Below are positions 12,161 through 25,960 of a stretch of 64,000 bases of DNA, piece by piece. Source of the DNA: Octopus bimaculoides. Its lineage: Eukaryota. A model generated the notes under the pieces. That model saw only the letters and a list, made by a program, of their open reading frames with translations, was not told the DNA's origin and made no database searches. The translations under genes were made by a program, and so were the position numbers. The DNA is taken from the NCBI RefSeq assembly GCF_001194135.2, contig NC_068983.1, positions 165,067,352-165,131,351 of the forward strand, written 5' to 3'. How positions within the stretch are numbered: position 1 is the first letter of the stretch; every line of letters begins with the position of its first letter.

Positions 12161-13299
12161 TTAATAAATAAAATAATGCTCAGTATTACATTTCGCTTTT
12201 AATCTACTGAATTCGGAGTTCAAATTAAAGAGATTTTCGCTTTGCATTGAACTCCTCCTTTATCCCGCGATGAAATAACACCAACAATATAATCTGCGCC
12301 ATATTACTGTTTTTAGTTCGAAAGTCAGACCCATCTGAGATTCTCCTTCTCTCTACCCTCACACATATATACTCCAGTGTCGATAAAATATACTGAACTA
12401 TGGATCTACCGAACACTCAATTAATCAACCGAGTCTGTTTTCTTGGGGTTGTATCATGAATTTGTGCTGCTCGTATTGACCACCTGACCACATCTGCACA
12501 ATGTTAACTGATTCCACTCATATTTTAATAAGAAAGGCAGCGACTTAGCGGAATCCTTGGTCCGTCGAACATAATTGCTGCCTGGCTTTCATTCCACCGC
12601 AATATATTCTCAGTTCAAATTCCGATGACATTCTGGGGTCGTTATCTTAAAATACCAGTCAAATACTGATGTCGACGTAATCGACTTACTCCCATCCTCT
12701 TTAAAATTATTGGGTTTTTTTTTTTTTACTAAAATGAGTAAAAATTATCATTACAAAGAATAGTGTTTCTTTTTTTCAATTATTTTGTGTCGCCACTTGA
12801 TTTAATGCTTGTTATTGGCTCCAAGAAGTAGCGTTAAAGACATTCATTCTGTTATAGGTTTTCGAAGTAAAATCCCAGCAAAGGCTTTTCGTCACCTCAC
12901 ACCGCACCAACACGATCCCCTTTTTTAAATGTCTCACTCGGAAAATAATGCTGAACTTCACTGGGCATTTTTTTCTTCTCTTCTGAAATATTGTTTGACG
13001 CCGATCTATTCAGGCTACACTCTCTATTTAAACTCCGCCCTGAATAACGGAGCAAAAGCTTTTTCAATGGGGCATCAACAATAATTCAAGCTTTTTCAAT
13101 GGAGCATCAACAATAAAGTCTCTCAGTCACTCTGGTTCAATATCTCCTCCCACCTTCCTCTAAATACATCTCCTCCGTCCACCTCTACTTTTTCCTTCTG
13201 CTACCAACTCTTACACTGTTCCTCTTCCTGCACCATGACCCTAATCCAACTTCAAACCTTTCGGAATTCATCGTCCTCATTGAGGGCGTTTGCAAAGAA

Positions 13300-15230
13300 A
13301 CCAAATATTTTATGCAAACATCTTTTCTTTGTAAGAATTAGTTTCATTCCCCAATATTTTATGTGTGGTCGATACACAAAACATTCTTATCTCACAAGAT
13401 CTCTCTTTCTCTTCGAAACTCAGTCTGCCAAACCATCAAGGTCCCTACACTGATAGGGTTGCCCAGTCCTATTCTATCTCAATTACTCCCACCGCCATCA
13501 CAACATCCATATAGTATGGAATGTCCCCATTTCCCGGATTCTGTAACACTTCAAGTCAGCTGATCGGTCAGAGCTCCACCAGGTCAATGCTATTCATGAA
13601 AGCGCATGCGCCTTACTACTGACCCACCAGAGACAAATAAACGGGTGACTGAAAGTATTCGCTTAGAACTGTCCGTCCACGACTCCTTCAGGATCAAATC
13701 CATTAGCCCCAAAATCCCCTAATCATTCTTCACTGCGCTTTAACCATTCAAATAAAGAATAAGGCCAACAACATTTTAAAAGACCACAAAACCGTATAAA
13801 CGGGATACTTTTACACCACCCGAAACATGAATGGTGTCCCAGTGCAGCGCTCAATCTGCCAGCCATGGCAATCCTGTTGGCCTCCTGCCAACAGAATCAC
13901 ATCCATCTTAGTGGAATCGTTCTTACTTTAATATATGAACTAATAGAGCTCTGTAACAAATACTGCCATCCCCGGTCGATAGAGCTTCCATATTTGCAAT
14001 CCACTTTACATCGATCGCATCACTACACACACTGAGCAAATTTTCTTCAAAACCATCTTCCTCCACGTCAGACTCAGCACCATTAATAACACGTTCGCAT
14101 CATTCAAGGAAGTTCTTCTGGTTGTTTCATATCATCGAGGTCACCGGTCATAAACACTGTCCCATCCGTTACAATCAAACAAGCCAACCCCCTTTTTCTT
14201 CACTAAACTATTCGGTCTATCCCAATCTCTCCTCTTCTCTCTCTCTCTGTCTCTATCTCCCTCTCTTTCTCTCACTCCCTCTCAGGGAGTGTTTCCCCAC
14301 TTTTAAAACCACCCTAGTGTTTTCCATTCTTCAGAACAGCAACAACCCTAACCCGACCAACAACTATCAATCTGTTGCTTTCATTTCCAAAATCTCAGAG
14401 GTGGTGGTCATGGTCATTAACAATCATATTCAACACATTGTATTCCTTTCCCACTTTGATGACCTTCAGTAAAGCCAGATCTTGTATATTTTAGTATATT
14501 TTTGTACTTCTATGTTCCTTCCTGCCTACCCACCACTACCACCACAACTCACATTTGAGAAATTTAATGAAAATAATGGTGTTTTGCCACGAATTACATC
14601 AACAACGTAATTGCCTAATTCCAACTTGTGGAGTTTCTTGCTAAACTGCTAGTCTTTACATTCCACCTTTCTCTCAACTCTTGGATGTCAGGTTTCCTAT
14701 CAGACCGCATTAACACATCTGCTGATGGAAATCTCTTTCTGACCCGACACTTAATAAACTCTACGCTACACAAGGGTTAAATTTTCTTCCCCTCCATCAA
14801 TGATCGTCTTGCCCTTACCTCCAACAACACCCATTTTTACTTGGATGATATCACCTTCATTCCACCCCCCCACCNNNNNNNNNNNNNNNNNNNNNNNNNN
14901 NNNNNNNNNNNNNNNCACCACCACTACAAATGCTACACGTGACTATCACTGAGAAACTCTTCAGGCGATTCCACTTCGTAAACATTGTAAAGACGAAAAC
15001 ATTAAAATGTCTTGTTTTCCTTCTGTGAGTCAGAAAATATTTCCTCTCCCAACAGTTGCTAAACATATGCAAAGATCACCTGAGATTCGCAAAAGAATAT
15101 GATGTATCCATATTTCAGTTGGAGAGAGATGCTGCTACCGCTGCTACACATAGATATTCTTGACTACATCCAAGATAATGCCATCCAAATGATTGCCATG
15201 AAGGCACTCATCAACAAGATTCATCCTCCC
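13300..15230 (+). pseudogene. Ancient degenerate LINE ORF2 (APE endonuclease to RT; CR1/L2/Jockey group)
   Basis: Scattered frames resemble LINE motifs: SLFLFETQ (EN N-terminus), FPTFKTTLVFSILQNSNNPNPTNNYQSVAFISKISE (YRPI.L.S region), SGFLSDR...HFYLDDIT (YADD-like) and KYFLSQQLLNICKDHL. Many stops and frameshifts. Confidence 0.55.
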
Positions 15231-16445
15231 ACTTAAATATGTACTGTGTCCGCTCTGTGTTTCTTCCACCACTACTACATCGTCCTATGCCCCTCGGTGC
15301 TAGATGGCCTCGTGTTATCTTCTCTCAAGCCTACCTCACCCTGCCATTCTTGTCATATATATGTGTGTGTGTGCGCACGCGCGTGTGTATTTATATATAT
15401 ATATTGTATATGTACATATATATCATGTCCTATACAACAACTTGCTATTAACCACTCTCCGTAGACTTATGTCCCAAAAACATCAACAATATGCTACATT
15501 AAGCATATTGAACTAACTTGAATGGCATCTTAAGAACGAGTACATTATCATAAGCCCACGTCGATTTAAACTTCGGAGATGAAACTGGATAGTAACAGAA
15601 ATTATATGTAAGCCCTTCAAGTGGGACATAACTATACTTCCTTCGGCCGGCCAGCCTTGCCAGTCAGTACTTCGCGCTTATTCAGCCTTATTAAAGCTAT
15701 ATGTGTCTGTGGAATACTCAACCACTTCTTTATTACTTCAATAAGAAGGCAATTCAGTTGTTCGGACAACTGGTAGAGTCATCTTTAAAACCGACGCAAA
15801 TCCATTTACATATTATTCTTATTTACTTATGATAATGTTAAAAGCGATGAATATTGAATAAAGTAATGGATTTTTGAAATCAATACGTTTTACTGAATAC
15901 ATTGAAGCAAAACTGATTTTTTTTTTAATCCGCCATATTAGTTCTATTTTTATCTTATTTATTTAATAGTTTTTTCTGTTGCAGTTTTGCTCGACATGGA
16001 TATTGTATTGCGGTTTACTGTGCACGGTTATTCTGTAGTTTACTGTGCATTTCTCTTATCCTATCGAAAATGCACCGAAAACAACAGATGCGCAAAGTTA
16101 CAATGGACGTATACTAAAGCTTTACATTTCACATGAGTCAATATGATGTTTGTGGCAGTTATTATGTTAATCATCTCATGTTGAATATGTCTAATTTACA
16201 TGTCGTAAATATCTCACAAGGACCCTCATTTGTTCAATCGAATTAGTTCATTACTCATGGCATTTATTGAATACACACATTTCACGTGGTTAAACTCATT
16301 TGAATTTTTTCTTTATTTTCTTTCTTTTTCTTTTTGGCATCGTTTCATAACATTCACTGTCCTTGCCGACTTTCCTCCCTCATTCACTCACTTCCTGTAT
16401 CACTTGCACATCACTAATTTCCTTCTCTCTCTTTCATACACGACT

Positions 16446-16761
16446 GGCACTCCGTCGCTTACGACGTCGAGGGTTCCAACTGATTCGATCAACGGAACAG
16501 CCTGCTCGGGAAATTAACGTGCAAGTGGTTGAGCACTCCACAGACACGTGTACTCTTAACGTTCTTCTCAGGGACGTTCGACGTGACATATGATGTGATA
16601 AGGCTGGCCCTTCGAAACGCAGGTACAACTCATTTTTGCCAGTCGAGCAGACTGGTGCAATTTGAAATAAAGTGCCTTGCTCAAGAGCACAGCACGCGCC
16701 GGAAATCGAATTCTCGACGTTATGATCATAAGCTGAATGCCCTAACCACTAAGCCACGTGT
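16446..16761 (-). mobile_element. Family C SINE
   Basis: Colinear with copies at 706-1010 and 62405-62733. Confidence 0.9.
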
Positions 16762-16825
16762 CTTCTCCTTTCTTTCATAGATCTAAGCATGAAAGAGAAC
16801 TAAGGCTACACAAAAAAAAAATAAT

Positions 16826-16886
<61 letters not shown>

Positions 16887-16889
<3 letters not shown>

Positions 16890-17191
16890 GAAAGAAAAGT
16901 CGACAGATATGACAGGTTAGCTTGGGAAGTTAAGCAGTTGTGGTCGATGGAAAAGGTAGCAGTAGTACCAATAATTTTCGGAGCCCTGGGAACGGTGAGC
17001 AAAAATCTAGAGAAGTACGTGGAACAAATAGGGGCTGCAATAAGGGTGGAGCACTTGCAGAAAACAGCACCGCTTGGAACCGCTCCAATACTCCGGATGG
17101 TGCTCGAAAAATAAGAGGTGTTACCTTAGTTCACTGGTAGTGAACAGCTGACACCGCAGTACATCTCCAGCGTTAGAAGCTGTGCAAACGC
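16887..17191 (+). mobile_element. 5'-truncated R4/Dong-clade non-LTR element (REL endonuclease end plus 3' UTR) embedded in (TAA)n
   Basis: Translation ERKVDRYDRLAWEVKQLWSMEKVAVVPIIFGALG...LQKTAPLGTAPILRMVLEK* (stop at 17114). (TAA)n lies on both sides (16828-16887 and 17192-17208). Confidence 0.85.
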
Positions 17192-18621
17192 AATAATAAT
17201 AATAATAAACTTTAACTGATCATACAAATGTGTGTACGGCGTGCTTTTCCCTTATANNNNNNNNNNNNNNNNNNNNNNNNNNNNNNNNNNNNNNNNNNNN
17301 NNNNNNNNNNNNNNNNNNNNNNNNNNNNNNNNNNNNNNNNNNNNNNNNNNNNNNNNNNNNNNNNNNNNNNNNNNNNNNNNNNNNNNNNNNNNNNNNNNNN
17401 NNNNNNNNNNNNNNNNNNNNNNNNNNNNNNNNNNNNNNNNNNNNNNNNNNNNNNNNNNNNNNNNNNNNNNNNNNNNNNNNNNNNNNNNNNNNNNNNNNNN
17501 NNNNNNNNNNNNNNNNNNNNNNNNNNNNNNNNNNNNNNNNNNNNNNNNNNNNNNNNNNNNNNNNNNNNAGTGTGACGAAAGAACTCTGGCCGAAATAAGA
17601 TTAAGATTAATGTAATATAAAGCTGAAGCAAATTAACACCAAATATACAGTGCGTGTGTTTTTATTGGCTAAACTGGCAATATGACCATCCCCAAGTACA
17701 ACAATATATATATATATATAAATGTACGTGTATTTTTCAATGTGTACAAATAACACGGAAAAAATAAATAGTTACCAGGGTAGCAAAAATTAACATAAGG
17801 GCCAAAGATATTACAGCCTACTTATGAAGGTAGAAATTCCAGGGTTAAGTGAAATGTTTTTGTATGACATAGATAAATTAAGAAATGGAGTCAAACGCAG
17901 GTGTTATTCAAATCTTTATGCTTTCGACATATGTTTCGAAGAAAACATTGATATTATTCCGGAGGGAATAAAATGATGAAAAACAATGCAATCATCTTGT
18001 CAGGGACGGCAAGAGAAACAAAACACATCAATAAGCCATTTTAACCGAATGTGATTACTGTATATATGATGAAGGGAACCATAAATGGATTTAACGTCAA
18101 AGGCAATTTAGAGAAAGGAGAAAGAAAGAAATTAACGGAATATTAAGAGTGCAGAAATATAGTGCGATAGATGAATGGGAATAAAGCTTCAACGCGTGGA
18201 AATAGGTGGAAATAGTAGTGGAAATGAAATGTAAGAAGACAGTTAAAGGTCGAATTTTATAGATTGGTAGAAATGACTTATAGGAACTAAAGTTGTTTTG
18301 CCAATGTTTACAACGATAAACGCGTTCTTTAAATGTGTTTACAAAAGTATTCTCCGAGAAAAGGATGAGAAATTGTTCTTCGTTACTGACATATGACAAA
18401 GGTAAATCGTTTTGTCCGCTCTGTAACGAAGAGCAATTTCACATTTTTTTCTCAACTTTAACCCTTATACACACGTTTAAAGAGCGCATTTGAGTTGTTT
18501 TAACTCTTCTTTCTAGCAATAGTGATGCTAGTCAGTACCTTCTGTCACTTTTATGACTTCTATTAATTTTGCCTTTAGGTTCAGATTCCTAATAAGGCAC
18601 ACATTTAATTTGGTGTGTGTG

Positions 18622-18653
<32 letters not shown>

Positions 18654-18739
18654 AGAGTATATAAAGACATATACACGAAGCTTATAAAATACTATTATTA
18701 TTATTAACAAAACCATTCGCAGTAGTATATGTACGTATT

Positions 18740-18770
<31 letters not shown>

Positions 18771-19222
18771 GTACAGAGAGAAGTGCCTTGCTATGACTAC
18801 AACACATCATTGGCAACTGTTACCAATCATATTCTCGTAGCAATGCATAATCAAACTGAAGACAGCGGAAGTATTCGTCAGTCGAAGACATTTCCTGGCA
18901 AGCGCTGCCTTTTCAATTTTAGATTTCTAATTGTAAAATTCGGATAGCTTTAACATTATAGAAACAGTATTGTGTATATTACGCAGATATTGATCGTTTG
19001 ATGTTTAATTTAGAATCGTGTGCCTTACATGTGATTAGTATTTTTCCTCTCCCTCTTGTCTCATCGTCTGTTACTTTTGCTTGAGGCTCAACTCATTATT
19101 ACTATACCACAACGCCTTATTTATCCTATCAATCTTTCTGGTCGGACTTCTAAGTTACAGGGAGGTAAAACAAACCAACGCCGGTTGCCTAGCAGTAGGA
19201 GAGACAAACTCAGATGCAATCC

Positions 19223-19269
<47 letters not shown>

Positions 19270-20016
19270 TTATATATTGATGTAGACAGCAGTTTGCAAC
19301 GTTTCACCAAAAAGGAGAATTATAATTATTACTAAACATGACTAGTGTGTTATAAACACCAACATTGCTAGAAATAAGAGCTAAAATGCTCTAATGCTGT
19401 AGTCAAAGCACATAACTGTATACATATACACTGACAGGGACTCTATGTGTGTGTGTGTGTTTGTGTGTGTGTATACACGACGGGCTTCTACAGACTTTCC
19501 ATATTCACTCAGAAGACATTGGTCGTTTTGGTTCGGGGTGAGACACTTACCCACAGTACCGTGCAGTGGGGCTGAACCCAAAACCACATGGTTGCAAAGC
19601 GAGACTCTTCAGCGCACAGCCACACCAGCGCCCTCTAAATAAATGTCTATTTGGGGGAAAATCATTTTCGTTTAACAACCTAAATTTCTGTATGAAAGTG
19701 TAGAATAGTTTGGAATTTACTCATGCTTAGAGGTGGCGCCACCTAACGTTGCTGTTTTAGAAAATCTATTCTATTAATAGCAGTTTCTTGTTAATCAATT
19801 CTGCTTAGGCCGAAATAAGTGAAGAGAGCAAAACACTGTCTTCGTTGCTTTTGTATGCATCTCAAGTCAACTTGAATTATGTCATTCGCGGAAAACTTTT
19901 GTTTTCTTCAAATATAACATTTATAGTTTACGGAGTGAAAGATTAGGACGGGGAACATGTATTTTTCTTTGTATATGTATTTAAGATATATGATAGTGTA
20001 TGCATGTGTATTTGTG

Positions 20017-20053
<37 letters not shown>

Positions 20054-20499
20054 GCAGAGAGAGAAAGGACACGAACCGCACTGTTCACGTCTTAAATCGC
20101 CTAAATGTGACATTTCTTTGCTGAGAGTGCTCTGCAATTAGCTCAAACTTGGTTGTGGCTATGCCCATTGTCTATAGAAAATAAATAAACGGAGAGAATA
20201 AATCTCGAATATATCCATATAAACGAAAAAATGCATATATTTAACTTATGTAAATCACTGGTCCAGCAAATGTTTCTGCTTTTGTTAAAAGAAACAGGTT
20301 CTAGTGAAGCCATTCTAAAAACAACTCTGCCCAAGAATTTCAATACAAAGGGGCCAGAATGTTCAAGAAAAACGAAAGATATTTGTTCTACTGAGATACG
20401 ATTAGTTGTCCTATAAATAGAATTGGAAAAGCTAAAATACTTAGCAATAATTTTAAGCAAGAATTAAACACTCAATTCTTTTGTAAGACATATAGAAGC

Positions 20500-21560
20500 T
20501 GCCCCTAAAGTATTCCTTCTGATAACAGTAATTAGATAATGTCTCTGAACTTTGGTAACCACAAAGTATTTAAATGAATGATGCAGCTTTATCGATAATG
20601 CTCGTTGTTGCTGGAAGATATCCAGGCTCTTGGTTTGAGTATCACAAGGAAACTTTCAACATAGATATTGAATTTTCTACGTTTTGTTTTTTATCTAAAA
20701 AAAAGTATAAAAGCTGGAAGTAACTGAAAGGTCGGATCCTTGCTGGATTATGGAAACTGTTGTGTTTCAATGACCCTGAGAGTTATACCAACGGAGTGGA
20801 AGCTTTGGTAAGGCCTCCCATGTTGGAATGCGAAGGGATAGATACCTCAGAAGTAAAAATGGGTTTGCGTAGGGTCCTGCCGAGAAAAAGAGTAAAGTTA
20901 CAGAAACATCAACAACGATTTGAAACCAACAAGATCCACAAGTGAACGACCTACCATCAGGGAAAAAGATGACGCGGTACTGGAAAATCTGAAAGGAAGC
21001 TGCAAAGAAAAGCGGGGATCCAAATGGCGAGAAGAAGAAAAGACAACCCAAAATCTAGATCAGTGGGGAAAAGTCGTCGATGGTCTGTAGAGAGTGAAGG
21101 ACACTTAAGGAAATTGGAGGCAGTAACGTTGTTAAAAATGTTCCCAGTGACCCCTGTATAATTCCTTGCAAGAAAAAATACGTATTTTAGATACTCGATA
21201 TATAAGGGTAGGATAATTTGAAGTGGCTGAGAAGCGATTTTAAGAGTCCCAGGGCCTATGTGGGTGTGATGTGGTGGGGTATTTATGGTTCTCGCGTGTG
21301 ATCTGAGAAGTGATCTTGTCCAGACAGGAATATATAGCTTCGCTGCGGATATTGTTTGAATATGTGACTAAGAGCTATTGATGGACTGCGAACGAAAGAT
21401 TTGGACGCAGAAACACGTGTTTTACAGTTCGATGACGTCATTCATAGCCCAATGGTGTGTCTTCACATATATTGTCTGGAAGGACAATTCCTCTCTCCCG
21501 AGACAGCTTCCACAGCAAACATCTTGTCTGCGTTTGAGTGTATGGGAATATATTAAAGAC
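20500..21560 (-). pseudogene. Possible very old LINE relic
   Basis: Higher-complexity block with weak endonuclease-like frames (EELSFQTIYVK, SLSTDHRRLF). The resemblance is faint. Confidence 0.3.
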
Positions 21561-22186
21561 AACGGTGCCCACCTACTGTACATACATGCATACATATATA
21601 TATGCATGTATATATATATATATATATATATNNNNNNNNNNNNNNNNNNNNNNNNNNNNNNNNNNNNNNNNNNNNNNNNNNNNNNNNNNNNNNNNNNNNN
21701 NNNNNNNNNNNNNNNNNNNNNNNNNNNNNNNNNNNNNNNNNNNNNNNNNNNNNNNNNNNNNNNNNNNNNNNNNNNNNNNNNNNNNNNNNNNNNNNNNNNN
21801 NNNNNNNNNNNNNNNNNNNNNNNNNNNNNNNNNNNNNNNNNNNNNNNNNNNNNNNNNNNNNNNNNNNNNNNNNNNNNNNNNNNNNNNNNNNNNNNNNNNN
21901 NNNNNNNNNNNNNNNNNNNNNNNNNNNNNNNNNNNNNNNNNNNNNNNNNNNNNNNNNNNNNNNNNNNNNNNNNNNNNNNNNNNNNNNNNNTCTGTGTGAG
22001 TGTAAATATATTTATTTTCCAAGCTGCAACATTCCATAACAGAATCTTTATGCGAAGTTTTTCTGACAGGGTGGGGGGAAAGAGTAGTGGTAGGAGGAGG
22101 CAGTTTGAGAAACACAGAGGAATCGATTAGATGGAAACTGAAAAGATTCTCATAAGAATCCAAAATATTCATAGTCTATCTGCTGG

Positions 22187-22239
<53 letters not shown>

Positions 22240-22504
22240 ACTTCCTCATTCACTTTCACTCGCTCTCTCGTCGCAGCTTTCTCTCTCTCTCACACTAACT
22301 CTGTTCCCCTCTTACTCTTTCTCGAGCATTTAATTTCAAATCCCTACAGAGCAAATCTATGTTTACACACACGAAATCGATTTTTTTATTATTCTATTTG
22401 ATATAAAATATATAATAATCTTTCTTATTATCATTTAACAATGTTTAATAATCGGCGAGATTATGTAAGAATAAAATGCAAAAGAAGTTCTAAACGACGT
22501 TACA

Positions 22505-22755
22505 TGAGATGAGAGACGAGAGAGTGAGAGAGTAAGATGATGCGAGACGAGAGAGTGAGATGATGAGAGGGTGAGAGAGTGAGATGATGAGAGGGTGAGA
22601 GAGTAAGATGATGCGAGACGAGAGAGTGAGATGATGCGAGACGAGAGAGTGAGATGATGCGACATGAGAGAGTGAGATGATGAGAGGGTGAGAGAGTAAG
22701 ATGATGCGAGATGAGAGAGTGAGATGATGAGAGACGACAGAGTGAGATGGTGTGA
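22505..22755 (+). repeat. GA/GAT minisatellite (gagagagtgagatgatg-like units)
   Basis: Directly visible degenerate tandem units of about 17-22 bp. Confidence 0.9.
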
Positions 22756-23039
22756 TGTGTGTTTGGGCTTTTTCGCTTTTCTTATGTTGTGTACCTCAAA
22801 CTATCTGCCATAGAGTTATGACAATATGTAAATGGAGGATTTTATGTTTAGCATGAATTGCTCACGTTAGTCAGGAATCTTTAGCCAAATGATCTACCAA
22901 AATACCAAGTCAACCAAGACTTAACTGTTTGTCGATAACCGGATGTACAATTGTATTTTTCCATCCGTCCAGTTTTCCGCCCACTATTCCTGAGAGGGAA
23001 AACTACAGATAAGGATAAGGTATAGGGAATGTCCAAGGA

Positions 23040-23400
23040 CTTGAGTTGGTTTGGCTCAGTGGTTAGAACGTCGGGCTCGCAATCACAAGGTAGTGATTTC
23101 GATTCCTGACCAACACACTTTATTTCACTTTGCTCCAGTTCACTCAGCTGTTCCAGTTCACTCAGCTGTTCCAGTTCACTCCAGATGTTGTAGAAATGAG
23201 TTGCAACATCACAGGTGCCAAGCTGTATCGGCCCCTTTGCCTTTCCCTTGGATAACATCAGTGGTGTGGAGAGGGGAGACCAGTATGCATGGGTGACTGC
23301 TGGTCTCCCATAAACAACTTTGCCCAGACTTGTGTCTGCGAGGGTAACTTTCTAGGTGCAATCCCATTGTCATTCATGACCGAAGGGATCCTTTCCCCTC
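23040..23400 (+). mobile_element. tRNA-derived SINE with family C head/centre but a different tail; internal 18 bp triplication
   Basis: Head tggctcagtggttagaacgtc...ttcgattcc and centre cactttatttcactttgctccagttcactcagctg, with the (ttccagttcactcagctg)-like unit three times. The tail is unrelated to other family C copies. Confidence 0.8.
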
Positions 23401-24186
23401 TTTAGGGAGATAGAGAGGTCAGAGGCTCCATTTGAGAATAAATTCAGTTGAGCCTAGAACCCTAATTCTGTTTCACTGGATTACTACCTCCATATTACCT
23501 TCTGCTAGATTTCTCTTACAGCCACTATTGATGCCGTGGACCAGGATGAAGAATTCGCAGTTGAAGCTCAAATTCATTTGAGCGCTGCTATGCGTTTTCT
23601 ATACTGAGCATATCAGTATGTATGTATTAATATATGTATGTCTGTATGTATGTATGCATGTATATATGTATGTATGCCATTATCCAGTTTTATTTCAAGA
23701 TTTCTTGTTAATAGAGAAAGAGCCGGGTTTCTAACCTAGATTAAGTCTCCTTCAATGGAATTGCAACATCATCAGGGTATTTTTGTGTGTATGTATATAT
23801 GTATGTAGTGTATGTATGTATGTATGTATGTATGTATGTATGTATGTATGTATGTATGTATGTATGTATGCATGCATGCATGTGTATGTATACACGCATG
23901 CATACACATACGAATATATGTATGTTTAAGATGGCGCCGACAGCTTAAGACATTGTTTTAAGCGCCATTGATTCTACTTCCCAGATACGTCTTGCATAAA
24001 ATTGAAATTTTAATATAATACATAAAAACTAAGGAAATTAACGCACAATTGCGTTAGTAATTTGTAAATAATTAATTTTACCTCGTTTTACAAGCATAAA
24101 TCAATGGTTTGAATAATCTACGTGTAGTTTTCCTAAATAAAAGTGAAATTGAAAATTATAGTCAACATATATATTTATGCATTCAA

Positions 24187-24264
<78 letters not shown>

Positions 24265-24429
24265 TCATAAATGTATACATATATATACATACATATTTGA
24301 TTATGATGTGTGTATTAAAGAGTATAACGTATGGATATTCAAATGGTGATGTAGACACACAAACACGTCCGTTGTGTACCATTTGAGATATTTATACGAA
24401 TGAAACTTTACACTAATGGATGACAGCAA

Positions 24430-24614
24430 ACTTTATACTGTGATATTGTATACGTATGTATGTACGTATGTACGCATGTATGTATGTACGCATGTATGTA
24501 TGTACGTATGTATGTATGTACGCATGTATGTATGTACGCATGTATGTATTTACGTATGTATGTATGTATGTATGTATGTACTTATGTTCGTACGTACGTA
24601 TGTATGTATATGAA

Positions 24615-24680
<66 letters not shown>

Positions 24681-24740
24681 CTTACATATATGTGTGTGTA
24701 TGTATGTATGTATGTATGTACGTACGTATGTATGTATGTA
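24430..24740 (+). repeat. Compound (TATG)n/(TA)n microsatellite
   Basis: Directly visible; source of several spurious ORFs. Confidence 0.95.
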
Positions 24741-25927
24741 AGCTCTTTTCTTTTTAATCATTTCAATTCCTCCTCTGAAGGAGGAGCTGGTTTCTAGCAA
24801 AGATAGAAATTTCCATCATTGACTGAAAATAGCGAAAACAATGTCACCTTTTAAACTTGAGAAAAGTCTTGCATAATTTTACTGTTCCACTAACAGATTG
24901 CATTTGTAATGTGCGAATTAGTTGGTCAATTTCTTTTTCTGAAAACCTTAGCTTATCCATATTGTCACTAAGGCATTTACGCACAAAACCAAGTGCACCA
25001 ATTATTATTGGTATAAATGTGAATTTATAACCTGGATATAAAAGCTGGAGGTTTCAAAGCAGTTGACCATAATTATCTTATTTCGCTTTGATTTTCAAAG
25101 AGATATTCACGTCAACAGGACAGTTCACCTCAATAACGGTATACACTTTTTGTTTGTCTGTCTCAAACAATATTATCTGGCCCGTTATGCTCACACTTGA
25201 CAAGGAATGTTCCACCAATATTCCTTGTGCTGATGTTTGTGCATGTATTCAATAACAAGTGGGTTCTCTATATCTATCCCAAGACAATCTTTCTCCGAAT
25301 GACATTGTATATTGTTTTTGCAACAACGTCCTGTCGCATACGGAGCTAGAACCTTGATGACGTTTTCGGGTGGCTTCATTTTATTCTTCAATCTATTTAG
25401 CACTTTCTTCTCAAAAATCCTTTGTCTGTGTCTTATTCTTTACTTCCATATTTTGTGTTTGTAATATAATTGTATTTTCGTCTATCACCATAGCTATGCG
25501 TTTGATTTTGTCTGTTAACTCTCGAAAATGACATTACTTTGCGTATTCGTTTTCATTCCGAGTTATTGGGGTGGAGACCCTTAGTGGGGCACCGGCTAGA
25601 AGAATCTAGTGGAATAAATCGACCCCAGCACTTTTTAAAAAGTCTAGCACTTATTTTATTGTTTTCTTTTGCCAAAAAGTATGGTACTTCGTACAAAAGC
25701 GAGAAGAAGGCTTTAGAACAGCAAAAAAAGCAAAAACAAGTAATTCACCCGTCAACGTGCCGACTTAAATTTTGTTTTGTTCAAGAGGTTTTGTTCACGA
25801 TTGACTTGAATAAGGTATTTAATAATCGCTAATTTTCAAAGTGAAAGTCTAGATGAGGTGCTTTAACACACACACACACACACACACACTCACATATATA
25901 CATACACACACACATACGCACACACAA

Positions 25928-25960
<33 letters not shown>

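Noticed and set aside
17910-18010. Hammerhead-like arrangement on the minus strand (ctgacaag...ttcgaaacatatgtc)
   Set aside because: The core deviates from CUGANGA and I could not form stem I.
19729-19743. 14 bp palindrome aggtggcgccacct (also gttaactca-aagg-tgagttaac near 47717)
   Set aside because: Too short to be distinguished from MITE remnants or chance.
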